Assembly: GCF_003334405.1 (NCBI RefSeq)
Contig: NZ_QOWM01000001.1
Length of the DNA stretch: 64,000 nt
DNA from: Escherichia coli
GTDB taxonomy: Bacteria > Pseudomonadota > Gammaproteobacteria > Enterobacterales > Enterobacteriaceae
Direction: 5' to 3' (one strand)
Positions 11,626 through 19,697 of the stretch are shown one piece after another. Made by a program: the position numbers and the translations under genes. The number at the start of each line of letters is the position of its first letter. The stretch's first letter is position 1. Below the pieces are notes generated by a model. That model searched no databases. It was not told where the DNA came from and saw nothing but the letters and a program-made list of their open reading frames with translations.

Positions 11626-13629
11626 TCATCCTTGTTGCTGAAGCATGGGGAATAATTGTTCGCACAGCAAAACGCAGTTATTCATTGCTTCTACCCGTGC
11701 CTCGCTTTCTGTATTACGAAATTGTCCCAATACATGTGCCAGCCGATAAAAACCCACCGCGGTGAGGTCATTCGCCAGCAACTCTGCCTGACCAATAGCA
11801 CTCTGTTCCTGATAGCGCCAGCCGTTATGGAGCAGTTGAATAAGTAATGCCTGGCAGCGCATCAGCAACTGATGAGCAGTAGACGGCACAGGCAGAACGC
11901 TGACAGAAGGTAGTGATGCCACCACAGGCGCAGTTTCTGCGTCCAGCGCCCAGGCACGAGTCTTTGTCATCATTACCTGTGGTTCCAGTGTCAATTGCCC
12001 ATCAACAAAACTGACAAAGCCAGAAACCAGACACACGGGGTCGTCTGTTTGTTGCAAAAGCGCCGCCATGCGTTCAATGGCATAAGGCGCGCTGGCTGAG
12101 GCTGGCAGTGATAACGTCAGCAGATTATCTTCACCTTCGCCGCTGATTACCTGCGCATCCAGCGTCTGGCGGCTGCTATCCCAACCGAGCGAAATACACT
12201 CAGCGACCGGCAGAATAAATAAGTTATCGACCTGATTAAGAGGCCGTATGCAGGAGGGGGGACGCTGGCGTAAATATTCCCGCAAAGCCACAATGCCCGA
12301 CTGGCGTAACGGCGCGCTCAACATTTGCCAGGCATCAGGCGACAGCGGCACAACGCTGCTTAAGCGGTTGCGGGTAGCTAACAGCAGCTCGCCATCGGCA
12401 CTGCGTTTTGCTGCTTGTGAAACAATTTGCCCACCCGCCAGTGCGCCAGCCTGAAAACTAAACAGCCGACGCGTAGCTGCCGGTGAGTTTTCCTGTTCAC
12501 TTCGCGGCCAACTGCGCGAAAGGTGCAAAATACTGCCGGTGTCGGGATCGGTAAACCAGATGCGTAAACCATAATGCTCAATATCCTGCCAGCAACGCAT
12601 ACCTAAAGACACCAGCCGCAGATGATCAAGCTTTGCTTCTCCGGCAATGCCAGAGCCAACGACCGTGCGCCACGGCACAGGAGGAACTTCACCAACACTG
12701 TCGCGCCGCGCCATCTCTTGTGCGCAATTTAATCGACTGTTTAATGCCGCAAGCTGACGTAAGCATTCTCCGGCATGATAGTGGCTGGCGCGGGCGTGGA
12801 AGGCATCAACGCTGGCGCGCAGTTGCCGTAGCGATTCACTCACCCATCGCCAGTTGCAGCGTTCCGCTGCTTGCTGCGCGCGGCTGAAAGCGGCCTCGTA
12901 GTGAATAAGCGGCTGGCTGATGCCGCCCAGCCATAATGCCTGGCTTAGTTGCTGAACATATTGACGACACGTTTTGCCTTCTTCGCTGGCAAACAGATCG
13001 TCAGATGATGTGACGTGTTCGCTGCGCATCTGCCAGATTAAATGAGTCAATTCCGCTTGCTGCGCTTTTGCCTGGACAAAGGCCTGTACTGCCAGTACGA
13101 CATGTTCGCAAAGTGTGCCTTCAATACAATCACAACGGGCGAAACGAATGCTGCTACGGGAATAAAAACGCACATCGCTCATCGGTAAGCGGGCAGAGGG
13201 AATTTCGCCCGGCGTACAGAACAACTCAATGGTGATGCCTTTAGCGACCAGCGCCTGCGCGCGTTTGCGGATGGCATCGGGCAGGGTAGCCAGTTCTTCC
13301 AGCCAGATTGCCGGATCCCACTCTTCTTCTTTTTCTGTGGGCTGGACGGTGGCACAAAGTCGTTGATAACTTAACACCAGCATCACGCGATGACGGCACA
13401 TGCCGCTGGCCCCGCAGCTGCACTGAGCCTCTTTCAGTGCCTGGCCGTTCGCCAGCTGGGTACGGACACCGTCACTGAAGGTGGCGATTAAAGCGCCGTT
13501 CTCATGGCTGATCTCCGGGACGTTGCCATTTTCCAGTTCCTTAAGACTGCGCTTAACAAAACCGGCATTGCTTAACGCTGTCAGGGCCTGCGGTGTCAGT
13601 TCTAATAATTCCGGACGTAGTGAATTCAT
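11626..13629 (-). CDS. yehQ: SWIM zinc-finger protein with two CxCx5CxH motifs
   Basis: Start ATG 13629..13627 overlaps yehP stop (ATGA); translation contains CSCGASGMCRH and CDCIEGTLCEH SWIM-type motifs; 667 aa. Confidence 0.82.
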   Translation of the reverse strand: MNSLRPELLELTPQALTALSNAGFVKRSLKELENGNVPEISHENGALIATFSDGVRTQLANGQALKEAQCSCGASGMCRHRVMLVLSYQRLCATVQPTEKEEEWDPAIWLEELATLPDAIRKRAQALVAKGITIELFCTPGEIPSARLPMSDVRFYSRSSIRFARCDCIEGTLCEHVVLAVQAFVQAKAQQAELTHLIWQMRSEHVTSSDDLFASEEGKTCRQYVQQLSQALWLGGISQPLIHYEAAFSRAQQAAERCNWRWVSESLRQLRASVDAFHARASHYHAGECLRQLAALNSRLNCAQEMARRDSVGEVPPVPWRTVVGSGIAGEAKLDHLRLVSLGMRCWQDIEHYGLRIWFTDPDTGSILHLSRSWPRSEQENSPAATRRLFSFQAGALAGGQIVSQAAKRSADGELLLATRNRLSSVVPLSPDAWQMLSAPLRQSGIVALREYLRQRPPSCIRPLNQVDNLFILPVAECISLGWDSSRQTLDAQVISGEGEDNLLTLSLPASASAPYAIERMAALLQQTDDPVCLVSGFVSFVDGQLTLEPQVMMTKTRAWALDAETAPVVASLPSVSVLPVPSTAHQLLMRCQALLIQLLHNGWRYQEQSAIGQAELLANDLTAVGFYRLAHVLGQFRNTESEARVEAMNNCVLLCEQLFPMLQQQG

Positions 13630-14762
13630 GACTGAAGATTCTCCGCAAGCCATGATGCCAGTTCGCCCGGTGTCATGGCGGCTATTTGTGCGCCGACATT
13701 AACCAGCGCCTGGGCCGTATCGCGGTCATAGCAAGGCGTTGCTGTGCTATCGAGCGCCGCCAGTCCCAGCACTTTGATGCCGCTCTGGACACACTTTTTC
13801 ACCTGATGCGTCAGCAATGATGATGAACCCCCTTCGTAAAAATCGCTCACGAGGATAATGACGCTTTTTGCTGGTTGTTCAATAAGTTGCCGACCATATT
13901 CCACGGCACTGGCGATATTGGTTCCGCCGCCTAATTGCACTTTCATTAATAACTCTACCGGATCGGCAACGTCTGCCGTGAGATCAACCACACTGGTGTC
14001 AAACGCCACCAGATGGGTACGAATGCCGGGTAACTGCCACAAACAGGCCGCCATCACCGCAGAGTGGATCACCGAGTCCACCATCGATCCGCTTTGATCA
14101 ACCAGTAAGACCAGTTGCCATTGTTCGCTTTGGCGTTTAATGCGGCTGTTAAAGCGGGGGGATTCGATATACAACTTGCCGTGTTGCGGGTGCCAGTGTT
14201 GCAGGTTGGCGCGAAGAGTACTTTTGAAATCAAAGTTTCGCGCCAGTGGAATAAATGAGCGGCGACGGCGATCGCGGACACCAGAAAAAGCCTGACGAAC
14301 TTCCTTTGCCAGGCGCGCCATAATTTCTTCAACAACCTGGCGCACTATCCGGCGGGCGGCAGCCAGTACTTCGGGATTCATCAGATGTTTGGTGTGCAAA
14401 ACGGCGCGTAGCAGGCTTTCAGAAGGCTGCATACGTTCCAGCACGTCGAGATTTGTCACCACATCTTCAATGCCGTAGCGCAGTACGGCATCGCTTTCCA
14501 GCCGCTCAATCACCTGTTGCGGAAACAGCCTGTGAATACAGTTAATCCACTCAGGGGTGGTGAGATTTGAGCCACCTAATCCACCGGAACGTTCACCACG
14601 CTGGAGCCGTTCAGGATCGCGCCCATACAGCCACTCCAGCGCGTGGTCTATCTGCCGGGCGTTGTCATCCAGCCCACAAAGCGTCGTTTCTGCCGCTTCG
14701 CCAAGAATTAATCGCCAGCGTTGTAGCTCACGGGTGGTCAGAAGATCGTTCAGTTCAGACAT
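13626..14762 (-). CDS. yehP: von Willebrand factor A (vWA) domain protein with MIDAS motif
   Basis: ATG at 14762 (MSELNDLLTTRELQRW...) gives 378 aa; MIDAS DxSxS present as LLVDQSGSM; track ORF from 14990 rejected as extension. Confidence 0.85.
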   Translation of the reverse strand: MSELNDLLTTRELQRWRLILGEAAETTLCGLDDNARQIDHALEWLYGRDPERLQRGERSGGLGGSNLTTPEWINCIHRLFPQQVIERLESDAVLRYGIEDVVTNLDVLERMQPSESLLRAVLHTKHLMNPEVLAAARRIVRQVVEEIMARLAKEVRQAFSGVRDRRRRSFIPLARNFDFKSTLRANLQHWHPQHGKLYIESPRFNSRIKRQSEQWQLVLLVDQSGSMVDSVIHSAVMAACLWQLPGIRTHLVAFDTSVVDLTADVADPVELLMKVQLGGGTNIASAVEYGRQLIEQPAKSVIILVSDFYEGGSSSLLTHQVKKCVQSGIKVLGLAALDSTATPCYDRDTAQALVNVGAQIAAMTPGELASWLAENLQS

Positions 14763-17034
14763 GGAAAACTCCCCAGTTTTGCAGCGATGCCAGTGCCTGC
14801 TGTTCGAGTTGTTGATGATGTGCAATGGCTTGTGGTGGACAATGCAACGGCATTTGCAGCGCCGAAACGGGAAGTTGCGCCAGTTGATAATGCTCAAGCA
14901 CCTGATGCGCCAGCGTCCCGCGTTCTCGTGGTGGTAGCCAGGCCATCGCCGCGCGTAAATCGGGCAGGGCGTTAATAAAATCGTCGTCACTTAGTTGATT
15001 CAAATGGCTGCTGAAACCGGCGATAAATGCCGGCTGACAGGCCAGTTGATGACGGGCTAATGCCAGCAAACCGTGCAGCGCTTCGCCGGATTGTGCCGGG
15101 AAAAACTGTGCCAGCATCGCCAGCGCCGCTTCGGCACTGGCGTTGGGATGTTCCAGACGCATCAGTGCGCCAAGAGCCGCGCCGCGATCCAGCGCCGGGG
15201 CATGAATCGCCTGACTGCGTCGCTCCAGTAAGGCTACCGCCGCAGAAAGCGAAACGCCGGGTAAATTAACGCCGCTATGTAGATCGCGCAGGATATGGCA
15301 AAGCGCCTGCCAGCTATGCAGGTGAGCGTGAAACTCCTTTTCATCCGGTTTGCCGTTGGATTCACACAGCCAGAGCGTGCGATCGATAGCCGCGCATAAC
15401 GTCGTTTGTAATATCTGCGCGCCTTGCATACCGCTAATTTCATCCAGCCGCCATAAGGCATATAGCACTTCCAGCGCCTGGCCCATTTCGGCAAATTGAT
15501 TTTCCTGGGCGATTAATAATGTGAGTTGTTCCAGTAATTGTTGACTGAAGGACGCCAGACCCGCTAACGCCGCCTGGCTAAGACATGTGGTGATACTGCC
15601 GATTCCACCCGCGTCCAGCATATCGGCTTCTAATTTATGGCGTGCGGCTTCCTGGAGTGTTGCACCAAAGCAGGCGGCCTCAATCAATGCCGCATGCTGG
15701 CTAAGTGGGCGGGTTAATTTCCAGCGTTCTTCACCGTTGCCTGCAAGTGTCAGTGTGCTTCCCTGCTGGCGTACAATCCCTGGGATCTCCAGTATTGCCA
15801 GACGATGTAACACCTGACTTTGCGCTAGTCCATTGGGGGTAAAGCGATTTAAGGTAAGCTCCGCCGGAAGAGAGATTGCGGTACGTTCCAGTTCGCAGGT
15901 GACATCTTTTGGCAGAGGCGGTTGTGGCGTAGAAGGGGCAAGTTTACCGAATCCGTCACCCGCTAATGTGTCTATCAACGTTAGCAGAATCGGATCGGTG
16001 TCGGGATGAATAACTCCGCGATAGCTCCACGGCAACGGCGCGTTCAGGGCTTCTTTAATCAGCGAGCCTGCTATGGCATCCAGCCAGTCAGTGCGTAACG
16101 GTAGTTTATGTCCGCGCAACTGTGCCAGCGCCATCGCATGCAGATGAGCGGCAGCCATATCCGCGGTCGAAGCAGGCAAGTGGTGTTGGCGCAAACGGGT
16201 AAGAACCGTTTTTAGCAGTTGTTCTCCCGCCTGCTGTAAGCCCCACTGCCAGCACCAGCTTTGCCAGACCGGGGCAGGCATTCCTGAAAGGTATCCTGCC
16301 AGCACATCAAGGCGCTTTTCACTGTAGGGTGTGAGATAACAACCTGTAACGGCATCTGCCAGCGAGGGCAATTCTGGCTTGTTAATGTCCTGCGGGCATT
16401 CGCGCCACATTTTTGCCAGTGCCGGAGCGTGCCAGCCACCGCAGACGACTAACACGTCGCCATTATTTTGCTGCACCGCCCATGCAATCCAGCGAGCCAT
16501 AAAGGCTTCGCGCTGACGATTGAGTGCATCGCCGGGGAAATCGCCCCGCAGTTGGGCAAAATAGTGCGCCAGTGCAGAGGGTAATGCAGTTTGCTGGCTT
16601 TCATCTTCGAACAAGTGATCCCACAGGTTATCGCTGTTATCCATGCGGGTGGCACGCAGCAGCAAGGTCTGGCTTTCCTCTTGCGTATCAGGCGAATCGT
16701 CCTCTTCTTCACTCTGTGCCCAGCAAGGCAAATCGATGAAGTAAGTTTGTGCCTGAATACGACGAGCGGCTTGTAGCGCCTGCCACTCCGGCGAAAATTC
16801 AGCAAATGGCGTCCAGGCACCACGCCCGGGGGCTGCACCGTCCTGATACTGGCAATAACTGTAAATAGCTACCGGAAGCTGGTGGGCTAAAAACAGTTCG
16901 TCTACCCGGTCATTAAAATCAGCCGGGCCTTCAATCAACACGTATCGTGGCCGCTGGCTTTCGATTAACGATTTCACCAGCCGGGCGCAGGCCGGACTAT
17001 GATGCCGGATGCCGACAATTAACGGCTCGCTCAT
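14755..17034 (-). CDS. yehM: large uncharacterised protein YehM
   Basis: ATG at 17034 (MSEPLIVGIRHHSPACARLV...) gives 759 aa; stop overlaps yehP start by 8 nt; no recognisable catalytic motif by eye. Confidence 0.85.
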   Translation of the reverse strand: MSEPLIVGIRHHSPACARLVKSLIESQRPRYVLIEGPADFNDRVDELFLAHQLPVAIYSYCQYQDGAAPGRGAWTPFAEFSPEWQALQAARRIQAQTYFIDLPCWAQSEEEDDSPDTQEESQTLLLRATRMDNSDNLWDHLFEDESQQTALPSALAHYFAQLRGDFPGDALNRQREAFMARWIAWAVQQNNGDVLVVCGGWHAPALAKMWRECPQDINKPELPSLADAVTGCYLTPYSEKRLDVLAGYLSGMPAPVWQSWCWQWGLQQAGEQLLKTVLTRLRQHHLPASTADMAAAHLHAMALAQLRGHKLPLRTDWLDAIAGSLIKEALNAPLPWSYRGVIHPDTDPILLTLIDTLAGDGFGKLAPSTPQPPLPKDVTCELERTAISLPAELTLNRFTPNGLAQSQVLHRLAILEIPGIVRQQGSTLTLAGNGEERWKLTRPLSQHAALIEAACFGATLQEAARHKLEADMLDAGGIGSITTCLSQAALAGLASFSQQLLEQLTLLIAQENQFAEMGQALEVLYALWRLDEISGMQGAQILQTTLCAAIDRTLWLCESNGKPDEKEFHAHLHSWQALCHILRDLHSGVNLPGVSLSAAVALLERRSQAIHAPALDRGAALGALMRLEHPNASAEAALAMLAQFFPAQSGEALHGLLALARHQLACQPAFIAGFSSHLNQLSDDDFINALPDLRAAMAWLPPRERGTLAHQVLEHYQLAQLPVSALQMPLHCPPQAIAHHQQLEQQALASLQNWGVFHV

Positions 17035-17044
17035 GCATCTTTCC

Positions 17045-18133
17045 TCACGGCAGGCGGTGGCGGGCTTGATAATAAGCCTGCCAGTGAGCTTCTTTATGTG
17101 TGGCGACACGCTGTTCGAAGTAACGGCGCAGACGAGCGCGATCTTCTTCGTTATCTTTGACGATGGTTCCGGCAATACAGTCCACCAGGTCGGCAGGCTC
17201 CCCCGCGCGATTCGCTAAAAACCAGGCGCGGACGCCCACGGCGTGGGCCACGTTCACGGCTTCAGCCGTGGACATAATCGCTGTTAGTGTATCCATTGAC
17301 GTTTTCTTTTCGCCGTTGGCACGCAGATCGCGGAAGGTGCGGACCAGTAACTCCAGTACCGCGTCAGGCACTTTATGCGGAATACCGCTATGGGCCAGCA
17401 AACGCGCCGAAGCACTGGCGACAAGCTCCAGCTCCTGGGCGAAATCCATAATCGGAAAGACAGTTTCAAAATCGAAGCGACGCTTTAGCGCAGCACTCAT
17501 TTCATTGACGCCGCGATCGCGGGTATTGGCAGTGGCAATAATATTAAAGCCTTCTCGCGCATAGAGCTGACTGGCTTCACCAGTGAGTTCCGGCACCGTC
17601 ATCACCCTGTCAGAAAGCATGCCTAACAGACAGTCTTGCACTTCCAGCGGTGTACGCGTTATCTCTTCAAAACGGACGATTTTGCCGTCGCGCATTCCCT
17701 GGTAAAGCGGGGCAGGGACCAGCGCTTCCGTTGATGGACCATGATTGATAAGCAGGGCGTAGTTCCAGCCGTACTTGATTTGATCTTCGGTAGTAGATGC
17801 GCCGCCCTGGACGGTTAACCCGGCATCGCCGCTAATAGCGGTTGCCAGTAATTCAGACAGGAGAGATTTTGCGGTGCCAGGTTCCCCCACCAACATCAAA
17901 CCGCGTCCGGTGGCAAGAGTGACTAACATACGTTCGACAGCGGAGGGACTAATCACCACTTTACGGCTAATATTTTGCGCGCTATCGCCAAGGATAAAAG
18001 CACGGGCCGCAGGCAAACTTAACTGCCAACCGGGCGGGCAAGGTGCGTTATCATTTTGTTTTAATTTTGCCAGTTCATCGGCGTATAACACAGCAGCAGG
18101 CGGACGCTGCAGATGATTATTCTGCGGTGACAT
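17045..18133 (-). CDS. yehL: MoxR-type AAA+ ATPase (AAA_5 family)
   Basis: ATG at 18133 (MSPQNNHLQRPPAAVLYADELAKL...) gives 362 aa; Walker A GEPGTAKS; Walker B-like IVRFEEI; stop 10 nt before yehM start. Confidence 0.88.
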   Translation of the reverse strand: MSPQNNHLQRPPAAVLYADELAKLKQNDNAPCPPGWQLSLPAARAFILGDSAQNISRKVVISPSAVERMLVTLATGRGLMLVGEPGTAKSLLSELLATAISGDAGLTVQGGASTTEDQIKYGWNYALLINHGPSTEALVPAPLYQGMRDGKIVRFEEITRTPLEVQDCLLGMLSDRVMTVPELTGEASQLYAREGFNIIATANTRDRGVNEMSAALKRRFDFETVFPIMDFAQELELVASASARLLAHSGIPHKVPDAVLELLVRTFRDLRANGEKKTSMDTLTAIMSTAEAVNVAHAVGVRAWFLANRAGEPADLVDCIAGTIVKDNEEDRARLRRYFEQRVATHKEAHWQAYYQARHRLP

Positions 18134-18242
18134 ATATTCATCCCTGAAATGTATTAATGAAATAAACGATATTTTACGCGCAATAAATGTTTGGCGCATT
18201 AGTTGTTTGAGCGAAAAATATCTGGAAAGCAGATCACAGTAA

Positions 18243-18327
18243 ATAAAAAAACCTGCTGGTGAGGCAGGTTCTTTTATTTACTATTTTCAGGCCTAACACC
18301 ACAGCCTGTGCAACATCGTGTTCCAAC
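18243..18327 (-). ncRNA. predicted OrzO/OrzP-type antitoxin sRNA (copy 1)
   Basis: Minus-strand -10 TATAAT (18339..18334) 17 nt from TTGCAA -35 (18357..18362); predicted TSS near 18327; intrinsic terminator ACCTGC/GCAGGT stem (18251-18269) followed by U-run on minus strand; 5' 20 nt complementary (19/20) to toxin leader 18474-18493. Ends are predictions. Confidence 0.5.
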
Positions 18328-18356
18328 GAACGAATTATAACCATGGCTGGACCCCG

Positions 18357-18384
18357 TTGCAATTAAGATAATGAGATTTATAAT
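18357..18384 (+). promoter_or_regulatory. predicted sigma70 promoter of toxin mRNA (copy 1): TTGCAA-N16-TATAAT
   Basis: -35 TTGCAA 18357-18362, -10 TATAAT 18379-18384; predicted TSS about 18391, giving a leader of about 175 nt to the ATG at 18566. Confidence 0.55.
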
Positions 18385-18565
18385 CCAGACCGTTGGGACG
18401 TTGCGCCGGATCGAACCTATTTCAAGTCCTGGCTACCGGACGGGTGGTGCTGCAGGTGGTGCCCTGATCCGGAGTGCAACATCGTGGTCCAACATACGTA
18501 AACCAGTATCGACAGGCAGTGTAAGGGTAAGGTGCTGGTGTTGCGCTCCTTAATAAGGAGAGCGG

Positions 18566-18655
18566 ATGGACACGCTGACACAAAAGTTAACCGTGCTCAT
18601 TGCTGTACTGGAGCTATTAGTAGCTCTGTTACAGTTGATTGATTTGTTGAAGTAA
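18566..18655 (+). CDS. zorO: ZorO/ZorP-family type I toxin, 29-aa hydrophobic peptide (copy 1)
   Basis: ATG 18566 with AAGGAG SD 6 nt upstream; translation MDTLTQKLTVLIAVLELLVALLQLIDLLK then TAA; matches remembered ZorO/ZorP family of E. coli O157:H7. Assignment of O versus P to the two copies is arbitrary. Confidence 0.78.
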   Translation: MDTLTQKLTVLIAVLELLVALLQLIDLLK

Positions 18656-18676
18656 CGGGCAAATTGAAACGCATCT

Positions 18677-18705
18677 AAGGGGGAAAACCGCTTCCCCCTT
18701 TAATA
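18677..18705 (+). terminator. intrinsic terminator after toxin ORF copy 1
   Basis: AGGGGGA ... TCCCCCT stem-loop followed by TTTAATAAAA. Confidence 0.45.
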
Positions 18706-18852
18706 AAATGATTACTGTTTTTATTAATTCATCATATAACTCATGTTTATTTATAAGTTCATCGATTTTATATTCAACGCACCATTTGACCGGGATGTGA
18801 ATATTTATGGTGGGCTATTGGCAAAAAATATCTGGAAAGTAGATCGCAGAAA

Positions 18853-18935
18853 ATAAAAAAACCTGCTGGTGAGGCAGGTTCTTTTATTTACTACAGTGAC
18901 GCTAACTTGCTGATTGTGCAACATTTCGTACCAAC
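18853..18935 (-). ncRNA. predicted OrzO/OrzP-type antitoxin sRNA (copy 2)
   Basis: Minus-strand -10 (18947..18942) 17 nt from TTGCAA (18965..18970); terminator stem 18861-18879 with U-run on minus strand; 5' region 18916-18935 matches leader 19082-19101 at 18/20. Confidence 0.5.
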
Positions 18936-18964
18936 GAATAAATTATAACCATATCCACACTCCA

Positions 18965-18992
18965 TTGCAATTCAGTGAATGAGATTTATAAT
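18965..18992 (+). promoter_or_regulatory. predicted sigma70 promoter of toxin mRNA (copy 2): TTGCAA-N16-TATAAT
   Basis: -35 18965-18970, -10 18987-18992. Confidence 0.55.
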
Positions 18993-19173
18993 CCTGCCCG
19001 TTGGGAGGTTGTGCCGGATCGGACCAATTTTAAGTCCTGGCTGCTGGACGGGTGGTGCCGCAGGCGGTGCCCTGATCCGGAGAGCAACGTTTCGTACCAA
19101 CATACGTAAACCAGTATCGACAGGCAGTGTAAGGGTAAGGTGCTGGTGTTGCGCTCCTTAATAAGGAGAGCGG

Positions 19174-19263
19174 ATGGACACGCTGACACAAAAGTTAATC
19201 GTGCTCATTGCCGTACTGGAGTTATTAGTGGCTCTGTTACGGTTGATTGATTTGTTGAAGTAA
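19174..19263 (+). CDS. zorP: ZorO/ZorP-family type I toxin, 29-aa peptide (copy 2)
   Basis: ATG 19174 with AAGGAG SD; translation MDTLTQKLIVLIAVLELLVALLRLIDLLK then TAA; differs from copy 1 at residues 9 and 23. O versus P naming is arbitrary. Confidence 0.78.
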   Translation: MDTLTQKLIVLIAVLELLVALLRLIDLLK

Positions 19264-19284
19264 CGGGCAAATTGAAACGCATCT

Positions 19285-19313
19285 AAGGGGGAATACCGTT
19301 TCCCCCTTTAATA
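19285..19313 (+). terminator. intrinsic terminator after toxin ORF copy 2
   Basis: AAGGGGGAA ... TTCCCCCTT stem-loop followed by TAATAAA. Confidence 0.45.
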
Positions 19314-19316
19314 AAG

Positions 19317-19637
19317 CTATTTTTCTATTTGTTGGATGAATATATTCTGTAGTTCACGATTAAAAATTGCTATTACAGTTTCAGGTGATTCACCTCGTAA
19401 TTTCCGCTCATCAATACACTCATCTCTTATATAAATCAACGCATCATTTATTAGCGGGTCAGCATCTTCTCGATCACGTTGATGAAATGTTGGATGTAGC
19501 CGGAATCGCTCCAGTCGATAGACGGAACCTGTAAATAATTCAGAGCATTTATGGATCTCAAGTCTGAAGGAAAACGGATCTTCAGGTACAGGGACCTCAT
19601 AATCGTAAATAGCAACCAGCTCTTTTTGCACGATCAT
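19317..19637 (-). CDS. yehK: small uncharacterised protein YehK
   Basis: 106-codon ORF (MIVQKELVAIYDYEVPVPEDPF...) directly downstream of yehI; no recognisable motif. Confidence 0.8.
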   Translation of the reverse strand: MIVQKELVAIYDYEVPVPEDPFSFRLEIHKCSELFTGSVYRLERFRLHPTFHQRDREDADPLINDALIYIRDECIDERKLRGESPETVIAIFNRELQNIFIQQIEK

Positions 19638-19697
19638 CGCTTTCCCCGCTGGTAAGTCGTGTTAATAACGGGCAGTTGCATCACTGCCCGCTGTGTT

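Larger units (their letters stand above)
18213..18705. repeat. tandem repeat unit 1 (about 490 bp) carrying one complete type I toxin-antitoxin module
   Basis: Segment 18213-18705 is repeated at 18823-19313 with high but imperfect identity (seen by eye); each unit holds hairpin terminator, divergent promoters, leader, toxin ORF and terminator. Confidence 0.8.
18823..19313. repeat. tandem repeat unit 2 carrying the second type I toxin-antitoxin module
   Basis: Paralogous to 18213-18705; same internal organisation. Confidence 0.8.

Noticed and set aside
14763-14990. N-terminal extension of yehP (track ORF 454 aa)
   Set aside because: Extension overlaps the yehM coding region and encodes low-complexity Cys/Arg/His-rich sequence; the in-frame ATG at 14762 gives a normal start. 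Similar upstream extensions were rejected for yehM, yehL, yehS, yehR, btsS, btsR, metG, apbC, fbaB, rcnB, yegP and yegR.
18371-18553. 60-aa ORF in the leader of toxin copy 1 (paralog at 18979-19161)
   Set aside because: Its ATG lies inside the promoter spacer upstream of the predicted transcription start, there is no SD, and the translation is Arg/Cys/Trp-rich. Conservation between copies is explained by the tandem duplication itself. The real coding unit is the 29-codon ORF downstream.
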